In this document: piece after piece, positions 10,005-20,676 of the stretch | Numbering within the stretch: the stretch's first letter is position 1 | How the letters are laid out: each line of letters begins with the position of its first letter | Assembly: GCA_008690995.1 (NCBI GenBank) | Contig: VRMN01000002.1 | Coordinates: 496,001-560,000 of the forward strand | From: Porphyridium purpureum | Taxonomy: Eukaryota | Direction: 5' to 3' | Length of the DNA: 64,000 bases | Program-made: the position numbers and the translations under genes | The notes under the pieces: model-generated | What the model saw: only the letters and a program-made list of their open reading frames with translations | Told to the model about the DNA's origin: nothing | Database searches by the model: none

Positions 10005-11886
10005 CTTGTAAGGAAAAAAGCCCGATTTCGCCACTAGTCCCTGGATTAAAATGGTGGATAGACATCCGTTTTTTTTGAACGATGCAGCTTCAGTTTTCTT
10101 CACTGAAGCGCTCGTTTCATACGAAACTTTGACGCCGCAGTTTTAGCCGGCGAACGGCGCTTTGGACGATCCGCCATTTGGGCGGAGTACAGCTCCACCG
10201 TACCCGAGTCATCCGTGCCTTGGTCGCGCACTGTGTTTGGAGTTCGCATCGCGGCAATGAGTGTCACCATACAGCCTTTCTGCCGTATCTCAGACCGTTT
10301 GTGCTCCCAGCTCACCGCAATACCGCACCACGCTGCTCGACGCAGCGCTCGCCGAAAGGGATGACACGCGCGGGGCTCTGAGGGTGCTCGCAGGAAAAGA
10401 CAGATCACAGCTTGGATGAACTGGGCGCTCGCTTCGACGCGTGCTGTCACCTTGACGCGGCGCTAGTCGGTCACGACTTTAAAATCGCGACTCTGCAAGC
10501 GCAAATACTGTGAGCTCAACAAGGATGGTCGAGTACAGACTCAGCCTTAAAGGCATAGGACAGCGAGCTCACGCGGCAGCTTGAAGCCATCTAGGCAGGC
10601 GTGAGTGCCCTGCATCGTGACAGGCAGGATACCGAGGTCCAAAATGTCGAATCGTTTCTCAAGATAAAACTTGCGCAACGTGGCCGCAAGGACGCGCTCG
10701 AACGGCACGAGCGACTGCATGAGAAGGGACGACTGGAGGATCGCGACTTGCGCAGCCGCTCGGAAGTGCTTGAGTAGTAGACCAATGGTCAAGTAAGGCG
10801 CGGTGGCAGTGGTGACAAAAAGCTTTTTGGGCGCGATGGTGCCGCAACTCAGCTGCCGCATGGGACGCGATCGCCGTTTCTGAAGTCATTGAGCTTAGAG
10901 AAGAACTCGGCTGAGTTTGAGAATCACGAGAAAGTCACGAGTTGCATGTGCTCGCGAACTTGCCTTGTAGCGAATGTGACCAACCAGGAGCTTGATCGCT
11001 CCGCAGAAGAACTGGATCGGCAGGGTTAAAGCATTTAACGCAGTAGAAGGCCGGCTCACCATGGCACAGGTTCTGAAGGATTGTGCTTGAAAATTTATTC
11101 CATGGGTCGTGGCTGAATGGGTCAAACAAAAAATAGGAGAGGTGGGGATGAATGGAGAAGTGGTCGATGAGATTTGCGCCTCTTCTGCGGGAAGGCTGTG
11201 ATGCGGCAGTTGACGATTGCGAGCGGATGAAGCATGGAGGAGATGGCGGAACATCCGCGTGGGATCTGCGGACTGCTCGAGTTGCGCGACGACCGTGGAC
11301 CATCACTACTGGAGAATTTGACTGGTTGAATGAAGCAGCCCAGACAGCGGTTCAAAATTCATATTTGTCGCATAAGTTGCTCCAGCTTGGTTGTCGGTAC
11401 GACAGTATACCATGTGCCTGCTGAACAGCGACGCACACGTGCCCGCCTCCCTGCAAAAGAGGACGATCAGCTTACAGTGATCGATAGTGCACGAGCAGCC
11501 ATGCGTTCAATTTTATCTCCAAGGACGCAAGGAACGCATCAATTGACCAGAATGGTAAGATGAATGATTTTCGCACCAACACTATTGGCTGCTTTCCTTC
11601 TGCGCGGTTGGTGACCGTACTCCTCCGCAACTGTGTGCGATGCTTTCCGAATTTCCTTGTCCACGCCCTCCACAAATATGAGCATATTGCTCAAATAAAA
11701 GCCGTTGATAGCCTTCAGACCTAAAGAAAGGCACTCACTTTGGTCGACCGAAAAATCGACAACTTTTCTCACCTGCTCACACATATACTCCATGAGCACA
11801 TGGGGCCCAGACAATGTATCCATTTGGCAACACGCACATGCCTTGGTGTCAGAGCCGACGCTGCCATCGACACCAGGATCGCGTTT

Positions 11887-12700
11887 TTAAGGCCACGAGA
11901 CAATAAAGTGATTTTCGCGGGGGACGCAAAGCGGTCCAGGTTTGAGCCGGAGCGTACAATATCTGCTTTCTTGTGCCGCAAGGCAGCGTTTAAAGTCGAC
12001 CAACATGCTCACCATTCTCCCCCGGCACCAACGCACATCTTCATCTACCATACGTGCCTCAAAGTCGGCGGCTCGAGCAAAATCAGCGAACGAGTCTTCC
12101 GACACGTGCTCCGGGAAAAAACAATGATGACCGCACGCTGCAATTCACCTGCATCTGTACAAGCTCCGCTCGAGCATTGAAAATTGCTCGCTTGCTCGCG
12201 GTCACAGCAAAATTGCTTGCTCCGGGTGTATGGAGACAAGGCCCCACATTTGCCACAACATGAAGTGCTACTTCGAATGCAGCATGGTACAACTACAAAA
12301 GCTGCGCGTTGGCTCAGGGCTCTTAAGATGACCGCGTCGCATGCCATCTGACGCAGATGTAAACCGACTGTGAGGTCAATGCGACATTCAAAGTCAGCGG
12401 CATGTCCAAGCCGTACACAGACATTGTACATTGCTGCTTGATGTGCGCGTTGCGCAGCTGTTTCAAGCGCGCGAGAATCGACGTCGACAACAATCAGGTA
12501 TCAGCCCTAATGTACGTCAGCGAGTGTGAGCGTCACATGACCGCACACCACAGAAGTCTACCGCGTTGACGTTGTTCCAAATCTAACTCGCCGCCACTAA
12601 ATGCGTGGCGTGTCGTGTCTGACGCGAGAGCTCGGTGCACATACGAACAAGAACGGAGAGCTGAGCACACTTGGTATAGCCGCAAGACTCGGGTTTAGTC
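11887..12700 (-). pseudogene. Decayed GSTCD-type (Methyltransf_32-like) SAM-dependent methyltransferase
   Basis: Collinear fragments broken by stops and frameshifts: KCAQL..L, stop, VDFCG/GHVTLTLA (frameshift, stop), LIVVDVD..AL..A..RA, VGLH...ACD......RAAFVVVPCC, YTRSKQF, then MLVDFKRCLAAQE.RY...P.C.PRENHFIV. Confidence 0.7.
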
Positions 12701-13325
12701 CCTGCTTGCATACCCTCTGTATCCGTATGAGCGGGTAGGCAACAAGCACTTTCTCTATAAATCAGGCATTTCCAAATTCCTTGTGAAGATGCGAGCAGCA
12801 CAGCCGCTGGCGTCATCTTGGACTGAGCCTCCGACTGCCAATTTTCTCCTCATCCGAGCGCTCGGTCGTGACACTTGAAATGATAGTGTCCTTCAATACC
12901 CAGAGCACGAATTTCCAGCGCACGCGTCCGCGCCCACAAGCGGCGCGACCAGCGCGTCACTCTGTGTTTGGGCCACGCCGCGCAGCACTGAGGCCGCGAT
13001 CATTCGAGGCACCGCTGGATGTCCTCACACTAACGCTTTGGCATGACATGTACGACCAGGTGCTTACGTCCAAGAGACGATCGCCTTGCCACACCTCGTC
13101 AAGCGCGCGAACGGCGCGTTGGTTCTTTCCCTGGAGACGCGCGGTTCAACGATTGCGCTGCACAAGACAGGCCTGACGTTGCAAACCAGAATTGCTCATC
13201 AAATGGACGTGATTTTATATTGCCCAAATGGGAGGTTTCAGATGCATCCGCTGTTTGCCGGACAAGGCTACATTCTGGACAACTTTCAAAGATGTGGCTC
13301 TATGATTTCATCCTCCCGGCAAGCG

Positions 13326-15440
13326 TCAATGATGTTTCGAGGGATATCCAGACCCAGACGCAGGACCACGCGCATCCGCAGCAGCTGGCATTGGATATCC
13401 AGGAACGGAGGAAGTGATGTGCGCATCCGCAGCAGCTGGACTTGGATAGCCACGAACCGGATGGACGGGTACTGAATCTGGTGTAGGATACCAGGCACCG
13501 CCTGGCTCCCAGGCTGAATTTCCACGCGACGGATTCGACGTCGCATTCAGCGGCACCCCATTCACGTTTCCCGTGCTCTGATCCAGCTGGAATGCAGGAT
13601 CAGACGAAAAGCCAATATCCGCTCCCGACGGCGGCCTGAACGAACTTACAGAAGTCAGAGTGGGGCTGCGCGGAGGATTTGGCTTGATGCCCTTGCTCGC
13701 AAAGAAACTCAGCAACTGGCCCGGAATTTCTTCAAGCAATGCTCCACAGAATTCTCTTTCCGCCAGACTGCCGTCTGCTCGCTTGAATTCGTTGTATGGA
13801 ACGAATTGGACGATATCGCGCGATGTGTACTTCCCTGTTGAACTGCATATCCTCTTATCATCTCCATCCAGCACTTCCATGTTTGCGAAGTCCGCGTTGC
13901 CAACACCCACGATGATAATCGAAAGACCCAGGTCAGCAGCGCCGACAATGGCATCGATCGTCTGCTTCATGTCGCTAATCTCACCATCCGTGAGAATCAG
14001 GAGCACATCATACGCTTGCGAGCTCTGGCAGGTACCGCGCGACGCTGCCGCCGAAGCGGCAGTGCTGATAATCTCTGCGAATAAGGTCGGACCGCTGAGC
14101 CGAAGCTGTCCAATTATGTTTGAGTACGCTTGCAGAACCCCGTGGATTCCCAAGACTTCCGGCTGTGCATCGTTTCCATTCACCGCAAAGCAGTGGCTCT
14201 TCTCGTTATTCTTCCACGGAAGCACGGCACCGAAACCGTAAACAGGAAACAGCTTGCTCGAGTCGTACCTTTCCAGCACCGTCCCAATTGCGCGAATCGC
14301 GGCTTGGTACGGATTTTCGGCGTTGGGACTGATATAATGGAGGCTGTTGATGTCACGAGGATCACCATTTGATGCTGTGAAGTCGATGGCAACCTGAAAG
14401 TTGATTTCAGTGCCTCCACGCACAAAGTCAAGAAAAGTGGGTTGGGCCGTGATCTCACATTTCTGCACCATCAGCACGCCAGCGCTCTTCTTGCTTTTGT
14501 TGCGTTTTGTGTTCGTAAGCGGAAGTGCCTTTCTCTGCTTTTGAAGCTCAACGAGTTCATCCACGGATGTGTTGCAGCTCCCCAGGAAATCGTGTTGCCT
14601 CACTCCAGGATCCCAGTCCCACACTTCAATGTTTATGGGACTTTGCGAGTCGCCGCCAGTCAAATTTCCCAACTTGATGCCAACTTCTTTCCAAACTGGA
14701 TTCAGGTTCTGACGAACCACGTTGCTCTTGACCGCCAAGATTTGCTCCGTCCCACTGTCTGTTTCATTCAGGCGGAAAATCTTGAAATACGGATCACTTT
14801 TCCCCAGAAAGTCGGCTCGCAAAAGCTTTTCAGCGGCGAGCTGCAGGCTCACGTACCGATTCTGCCCATGGAGTTCTTGGGCGACGACATGAATAAACGA
14901 GGAGCCCTTTGTTTTGGGTCCCATCAATGGCACCAGCAGCTTCCCACCCTTTTCAGAAACGATGGTCGCAATCTCGGTGTTGGCCTCGCCAATGTAGGTT
15001 TGTTTCTGCAGGTCCAAGTTGCCGGCATCAGCCGACTTGACTGCCCCATTGACATGATAGCACTTCATTTGCAGATGCTGCTGCTGTTCGAAGCGGTATC
15101 GCACCTGGACGGAGCGCGCGAAAACCGGGTTTAAATTGTTGGACACCACTTCCGTCCGGCCCACCTCCCTACCGTCCATGAAAACGACCACGAACGCGTC
15201 GGTGAGGGAAAGCACGCCATCTGTGTTCGGCAGTGCGCGGCACTTGAAGTTTAAAGTGAGGGTGGAAGACAAATCTCCCTCCACAAACATGTCGTCCAAG
15301 GCATCCTGTACTTCGCGCACGTTGGCATTGCTGCCCGAGCGTGTGCCGCTACTCGCAGGCACTGCGCGTGGCGCACCCGAAGCCCCTGGGTCAGGACGCG
15401 CCCCTTCATGATTCCTATGTCGCCGGAAGCGATTTGTCAT
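13326..15440 (-). CDS. Copine copy 3 (mosaic of copies 1 and 2)
   Basis: Full C2-C2-vWA. Alternating tracts near-identical to copy 1 or copy 2. ATG at 15440 in GGCC-ATG context. Confidence 0.94.
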   Translation of the reverse strand: MTNRFRRHRNHEGARPDPGASGAPRAVPASSGTRSGSNANVREVQDALDDMFVEGDLSSTLTLNFKCRALPNTDGVLSLTDAFVVVFMDGREVGRTEVVSNNLNPVFARSVQVRYRFEQQQHLQMKCYHVNGAVKSADAGNLDLQKQTYIGEANTEIATIVSEKGGKLLVPLMGPKTKGSSFIHVVAQELHGQNRYVSLQLAAEKLLRADFLGKSDPYFKIFRLNETDSGTEQILAVKSNVVRQNLNPVWKEVGIKLGNLTGGDSQSPINIEVWDWDPGVRQHDFLGSCNTSVDELVELQKQRKALPLTNTKRNKSKKSAGVLMVQKCEITAQPTFLDFVRGGTEINFQVAIDFTASNGDPRDINSLHYISPNAENPYQAAIRAIGTVLERYDSSKLFPVYGFGAVLPWKNNEKSHCFAVNGNDAQPEVLGIHGVLQAYSNIIGQLRLSGPTLFAEIISTAASAAASRGTCQSSQAYDVLLILTDGEISDMKQTIDAIVGAADLGLSIIIVGVGNADFANMEVLDGDDKRICSSTGKYTSRDIVQFVPYNEFKRADGSLAEREFCGALLEEIPGQLLSFFASKGIKPNPPRSPTLTSVSSFRPPSGADIGFSSDPAFQLDQSTGNVNGVPLNATSNPSRGNSAWEPGGAWYPTPDSVPVHPVRGYPSPAAADAHITSSVPGYPMPAAADARGPASGSGYPSKHH

Positions 15441-15608
15441 GGCCGACACGACGTATTTGAAGTATTCGCCTCCTACAACTTGCGCCCACAATTACTCACG
15501 CCCGCCAAACTCAGTAAGCCTACTGTTTCCCATCGTACTTTATTTCAAATCAGCGATTTTTACGGAGTCGGGTGGCATTCCTCGAGAAACACAAAATGTG
15601 CTAGACAG

Positions 15609-17327
15609 CTACGCGTGAATCTCATTAGCGCATCCGTGCCCGATCTTCAGACGAGAGGTATCTCTCAGCCCCGCGCGGGTGTATGCTTCGTTTTTCCACG
15701 GAGCGCCGGCCGCGCGGCATCCGCCCGGCCACACGTGGATAAACTTGTCGCACCCGGCATAGTGCTTGTCAAAAATCTTTCGGTAGTACAGCTCTTCTTT
15801 GGAATGCGGCGGATTAATCGCATAGGTCACGTCTCTACTGGCAAATTCTTCATCTGAAACGAGCGATTCGACGTGCTTCTGAAGTGTTTCCACCCAGTTC
15901 ATGCCCACACCTTCGCATTGCATTGCCTTCGTTCGCCAGATGACATCCTCACAAAGCTCAGTCTCATACATCTTTCTCAGCATATACTTTTCGCACCGCC
16001 CGCGAGACATATCCACCAGCTTTTCGGCCGGATCGACAGTCATGACGGTCTGGACATAGTCTACATCGAAAAATGGAACCCGTGCTTCGAGTGAGTGCGC
16101 CATGGTCATTCGATCCGCACGCTGCAGATTCACAAATTGTGTGGCTTTGAAAATTCTACGATTTTCCATCTGCAGCAAGGGCGCGTCCTGGCAATCATGA
16201 AAGTAAAGGTATCCGGACCACAGCTCGTCTGATCCCTCACCGGTCAACACAACCTTGACATGCTCTGCCGCCCCGCGCGCCAGGAAATAATTCGGGATCG
16301 ATGAGCGAATCAACTCCGGCTCGTACGTTTCCATGTGGTAAATGACGTCTTCAAGCACATCAAAAGCCATGTCCGGTGTAAAAATAATTTCAATATGCTC
16401 TGTCCCGAGGAACTCGCTCACCTTGCGCGCCGCAAGGATGTCTGGTGATCCTATTTGTCCCACTGCAAATGACTTGATGCCCGTCTGAGCTTTAAGCTTG
16501 TCCTTGTGCTTGCACATGATGGAGCCAATTATAGAGGAGTCCAGGCCCCCGGACAGTAAAAGGCCAACTTCGACGTCTGCCATAAAGCGGCGAAGCACCG
16601 CTGTTTCGAGAGCCTGTTTGCATTCCTGAGCAGTGCTGTAGCGAGGTGGAATGCCCTTGATCTGATTTGCAAGAACACGTTCTAGGTACGCGTCATCGTC
16701 CCACAGCGGGTGCCAATACTTGACGAGGCCCGTTTCGCGTGTCCACAAGTGTCCTGCGGGAATAAGCTGCAGCTCACGGCACTGGTCCACAAGTCCTTTC
16801 AGTTCGGAAGAAAACAAGACTTCCGCGCCGTCGTGGCTAATACCCATGTACAGAGGTTTGATTCCTACTTTGTCACGAGCCGCCATGACGCGCTCACCCC
16901 CATTCTCAACAAGCACGAAGCCGAACATCCCCAATAAATTATCAGCACATCCGTAACCATACTCCTTGTACAGGTGTAAAATCACCTCAGAATCAGACGC
17001 CGTTGTGCGCTGAATGGTCTTGTGTCCAAGCATGGTCTCGTACAGCTGCGCGTGGTTGTAGATTTCGCCATTCGCGACCAGTGCGATGGTTTTCTCGGCG
17101 TCCTCGATGGGCTGATGGCCGTTGGAAGGCCCCACGATGGACAGGCGCTCGTGACCCATCCAGAAGTTCTTCCCGATGAATACGCCCTGTTCGTCTGGGC
17201 CACGGTGCCTCATGCGCGACGACAGCATGCTCACGCGAGCGCTCAGCGCGTCCGACTCGGGGCCAGGCCCGGCAAAGTTGACTAACGGATCATACTCCTT
17301 CAACACGCCCGCAATAATTCCGCACAT
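15609..17327 (-). CDS. ASNS: Asparagine synthetase, glutamine-hydrolysing (AsnB type)
   Basis: N-terminal MCGI nucleophile, HRGPD, HERLSIV, NGEIYN, LLSGGLDSS, LTGEGSDE, EARVPF. Confidence 0.97.
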   Translation of the reverse strand: MCGIIAGVLKEYDPLVNFAGPGPESDALSARVSMLSSRMRHRGPDEQGVFIGKNFWMGHERLSIVGPSNGHQPIEDAEKTIALVANGEIYNHAQLYETMLGHKTIQRTTASDSEVILHLYKEYGYGCADNLLGMFGFVLVENGGERVMAARDKVGIKPLYMGISHDGAEVLFSSELKGLVDQCRELQLIPAGHLWTRETGLVKYWHPLWDDDAYLERVLANQIKGIPPRYSTAQECKQALETAVLRRFMADVEVGLLLSGGLDSSIIGSIMCKHKDKLKAQTGIKSFAVGQIGSPDILAARKVSEFLGTEHIEIIFTPDMAFDVLEDVIYHMETYEPELIRSSIPNYFLARGAAEHVKVVLTGEGSDELWSGYLYFHDCQDAPLLQMENRRIFKATQFVNLQRADRMTMAHSLEARVPFFDVDYVQTVMTVDPAEKLVDMSRGRCEKYMLRKMYETELCEDVIWRTKAMQCEGVGMNWVETLQKHVESLVSDEEFASRDVTYAINPPHSKEELYYRKIFDKHYAGCDKFIHVWPGGCRAAGAPWKNEAYTRAGLRDTSRLKIGHGCANEIHA

Positions 17328-18358
17328 GGCTGAGACAGTTCAGGTTCAAGCGTGCGGGTGCGCTGCCCTCACGTGCAGTTTCTCTCACTCGTCCGCCTTG
17401 CCCGCCGCACACACACTGAGCGAGCCAGTCGGGCGGACGCGTATCGTTCCTCGCAAATTCTGCTCGTCTCACTACGCCAGCCGACGCCCTATCAAAACGG
17501 CCCGTTTTGGACGTTTTCGATACGCAACCGCGTGGGAGGAGGTGCGCCGACAGAGCGAGCTGCAGCTGGTCGCGCACCAAGGCCGCGTGCGCGGGACGGC
17601 GCAGGCATGGCCACAGGAGGCATCGTAGCCACGGATCTCGCGGTGGCCTGGAATCATCTGGCTCTAGATGAAAGCTCGTAGCGCCCCTATCGCCCCTATC
17701 GCCCAGAACGCGCGTGGTCAACGACTGCGCGACCGCTCGGGCTGCAGCCCGGCGATGAGAAGTGGCCCATCGCACGTGCGCTGTGCTTGCACCAGAATGA
17801 TGGCACAGTTAACGTACGTAATCTTAAACTAAAATCAGCCGCAGGCCTCGAGGAAATCTTTCGTTCGCCCCCAACGGGAGAGCGCGTGCATGAAGGTGCC
17901 AGAGTCGAGAGTGGGGAGGCTGGATGTTGTTGCGACAGTATGAACCGAGCGGCAAGTGGGAGAAACGCTTGCGATCGACCCGGGATTAATGAAAGTCGCA
18001 AATTGCTGTGCGCGCTAGATCCGTAGCGACACTCTGTCTGTCAGCCAGCTGTTCTGAAGAAAATAGAAGAGCTGGACAACACACGCCGAAGACTGGAATC
18101 CATGCCGAAGCTCCTCCCGTGTCCGTCGGACAGAACACACTATTGGCCACTGAGCCCCTAGAACAGGAGCCACGGGGCACGGTGCTCCGTAGAGTGGGCG
18201 CCTGACCTTGTCGACTTTGCCGCGCGCTTTATCTCACGTGCCCTTACGCCACCACTCGCAGCGCGCGCGTCCGAAAGAAGGGTTGCGGGCGGGCCCAGCG
18301 TCGTGTACCCCCATTGGGTGTACAGTGGCCTGAGGAACAACTATTTCGCCTCTGAGGG

Positions 18359-20341
18359 TCACGTGCTGTCCGCGGCGTCCACGAAGATGTAGAGCAGTGC
18401 GGGGTCGTGTCGCCTCAACATCCAATACCCTTGCGCGTCAAGCTCGAAGCCCGCGCCGCGTAACACAGCGGGTGTGTGCTTGTATCTACCCAGTCGCGCT
18501 TGGAATGTAGCATTCTGCGAATTGATTCGACAGAACTTGAGCTCACCCGGGTGCCGCAGCGCGTTCGAAAAGTACGTTCTGAGCGTATCCAAAGCCAGCT
18601 GAAGGGACACCTCATGCCCACCACTGGAACGAATCTCGTCGACGAGCTCGGCGACCAACTTGTTGGCTTTCGCAACATACTCCTGCGTTGTCTCCTGCAT
18701 GTGAGCAGCAGTGTCGCTTCCATCTGCGGCTCCCAAAGCAATGTCTCGATCACGCGAAAGCATTTTTTCATCCCGCAAACTATCCGGATTGCCTTCGAAG
18801 GATACCCCAGCAGAACTTGAGGTAGCCTCGTCACGAGCCACAAGGACCTCGAGACTATGAAAAAAATCGCCATGGCATTCTTCGAGGACAACATCGACTT
18901 CTTTCTCACAGAATCCCATTAATACCAATTGTTTGCGGGGGTCGTCAGATCGATCAACATGATCTTCCGCGTCTGCTCCTTCCGCTACTTCGGCCAGAGT
19001 CCCGCTTTGAGCCGAGATCGTCTGGTTATCGACTTCGACGGCCATGACAAACTCCAAGCTTCTATCAAAATCGCCTCCAAACTCGGAGACTGCAGTATCC
19101 ACGATAGATTCCTGAAAACCCATGGCAACCAATCGGTGACGGGCGTCATTTGCAAAAGCTTGCTGGCTAGCTGGCATCTCGCTCGTCACAGCGATATCCA
19201 TTCGACATGCCGCCGCGTCGGAGCCGACCTGTTCCTCGTCCACGTCCGGGCCCCGCTGGTTGAGTTTGGCCCCTGATTCTTGCACAGCACGAGTCCCCTT
19301 TGACTTAAAAGATTCGGAGGCATTTTGCCGACGCGCGCTTTTGGAACTAGAAAGCACGCGCTCCTGCGCTGCCTGAATGGCGCTTTCCCGCGCGTCATGG
19401 TATGAAATTCGATTTCCTTCATTCGATGTCCCCAGCACGGCAGTCTTTCCTTCAAAAGATGAGGTATCCGGACGACCATCCGGCTCTTCCCAGTCGTCAA
19501 AGCCAGAAGCATCCTTTGACTCCAAATAAGCGCTTGTCCGGTCCATGGATCTTGCCGTGGACTGCTTCCAGTCCCCGGCTTTCTGCTCTTTAAGCAACTG
19601 GTTCATGAGCGCATAAAAGTTCTTGTCGTGCTCCTGGTGCACGTTGTGCGCTAATTCATGGCATAAAACCTCGATGAGTTTCCAATACGGTCTGAAACCG
19701 AGCATATCGTCTGTTCGTAGTCTCAGATGAATTTCGGTACCGGCGGAGACGTTGAAGCCGAGCACGCAGACGGGGTCAACACCCACTTTTCCTTCCGGCT
19801 TCATTTCCTTGAGCGCACCAACTTGCCATTGACGACTGTCCATTATGCGCGAGATTCCTGGATCATGGGCCAATTTGTTGAGCAAGTCCAAGGCCTTGTG
19901 ATGGTCTTCAAACTCTGGCAGTGCCTGGATGTTTGCAAACCCGTACGGCGACATCAAGGGGGCAACCAATTTTCGAGGACGTGCCGCGTACTTGGATGCG
20001 GCCGGTTTGCGAAATCCTTTCAACAGCTTATCCTCCCGGAGCGCCTGTACCACATTCACATTCTCGCGCGAGGACGCGATTAGCATCAGTTTGACAGATT
20101 GTTCGTGTGCAGCTGCGTCCAAGCCCAGACACCCCATCAAGAGCTCCTCCTGGTGCAACATGCGGCCACGATAGATGAGCTTTTGCAAGTCTGCTTCGAC
20201 GCCCATCTGGTCTTGGATACGTTCCTGCAGGTCTTTCACCAGCATGCCAGACGGGGCTGCGCAGCGGACAGTGACCGTGCCTTCCTTACTGCTGACGTGA
20301 ATATTCACCGCGCCTTGCGGCGCGTCGCTCAAAGGACCCAT
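18359..20341 (-). CDS. WSS1: Wss1-like WLM metalloprotease with N-terminal UBL, two UBA-like and C-terminal PUB domains
   Basis: UBL (QKLIYRGRML), WLM (LGFN...EIHLRLRTDD, HELAHNVH.EHD..FY), two LV.MGF UBA starts, PUB (N.L.HP.E.KF..IN..N..FQ.RL). The start may be the upstream ATG at 20512. Confidence 0.88.
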   Translation of the reverse strand: MGPLSDAPQGAVNIHVSSKEGTVTVRCAAPSGMLVKDLQERIQDQMGVEADLQKLIYRGRMLHQEELLMGCLGLDAAAHEQSVKLMLIASSRENVNVVQALREDKLLKGFRKPAASKYAARPRKLVAPLMSPYGFANIQALPEFEDHHKALDLLNKLAHDPGISRIMDSRQWQVGALKEMKPEGKVGVDPVCVLGFNVSAGTEIHLRLRTDDMLGFRPYWKLIEVLCHELAHNVHQEHDKNFYALMNQLLKEQKAGDWKQSTARSMDRTSAYLESKDASGFDDWEEPDGRPDTSSFEGKTAVLGTSNEGNRISYHDARESAIQAAQERVLSSSKSARRQNASESFKSKGTRAVQESGAKLNQRGPDVDEEQVGSDAAACRMDIAVTSEMPASQQAFANDARHRLVAMGFQESIVDTAVSEFGGDFDRSLEFVMAVEVDNQTISAQSGTLAEVAEGADAEDHVDRSDDPRKQLVLMGFCEKEVDVVLEECHGDFFHSLEVLVARDEATSSSAGVSFEGNPDSLRDEKMLSRDRDIALGAADGSDTAAHMQETTQEYVAKANKLVAELVDEIRSSGGHEVSLQLALDTLRTYFSNALRHPGELKFCRINSQNATFQARLGRYKHTPAVLRGAGFELDAQGYWMLRRHDPALLYIFVDAADST

Positions 20342-20676
20342 TTTACTTTTGGAACACGCGGCAGTCTTTCGAACGAAGGCGCTTTGTTCAACTGAACTGC
20401 GCCACTCTTGTCGACCTCTCCAACATGACCTGGACGCGCTCGGACCTGTCCTGCTGGCAACGCGCACGCACGTGCGCGGTTCACGCTGCGCGGCACCGCA
20501 AACCGCCAACATGAAAAAAATGGAGCTTTAACATATCGTTACATAAACCGTTTGGTGAACCGTTAAACTGGAATTGGCTACGCGGCGGCGGGCAAGGCGG
20601 ATGCGTCAGCTGAGGGTCGGTGGGTGGGATGCGGTGAGAAGAGCAACGCTGGTGGACGTGTGCGTGTGGTGTCTCG

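Noticed and set aside
17682..17704. Short direct repeat CGCCCCTAT x2 upstream of ASNS
   Set aside because: Too short to distinguish from replication slippage. No functional evidence.
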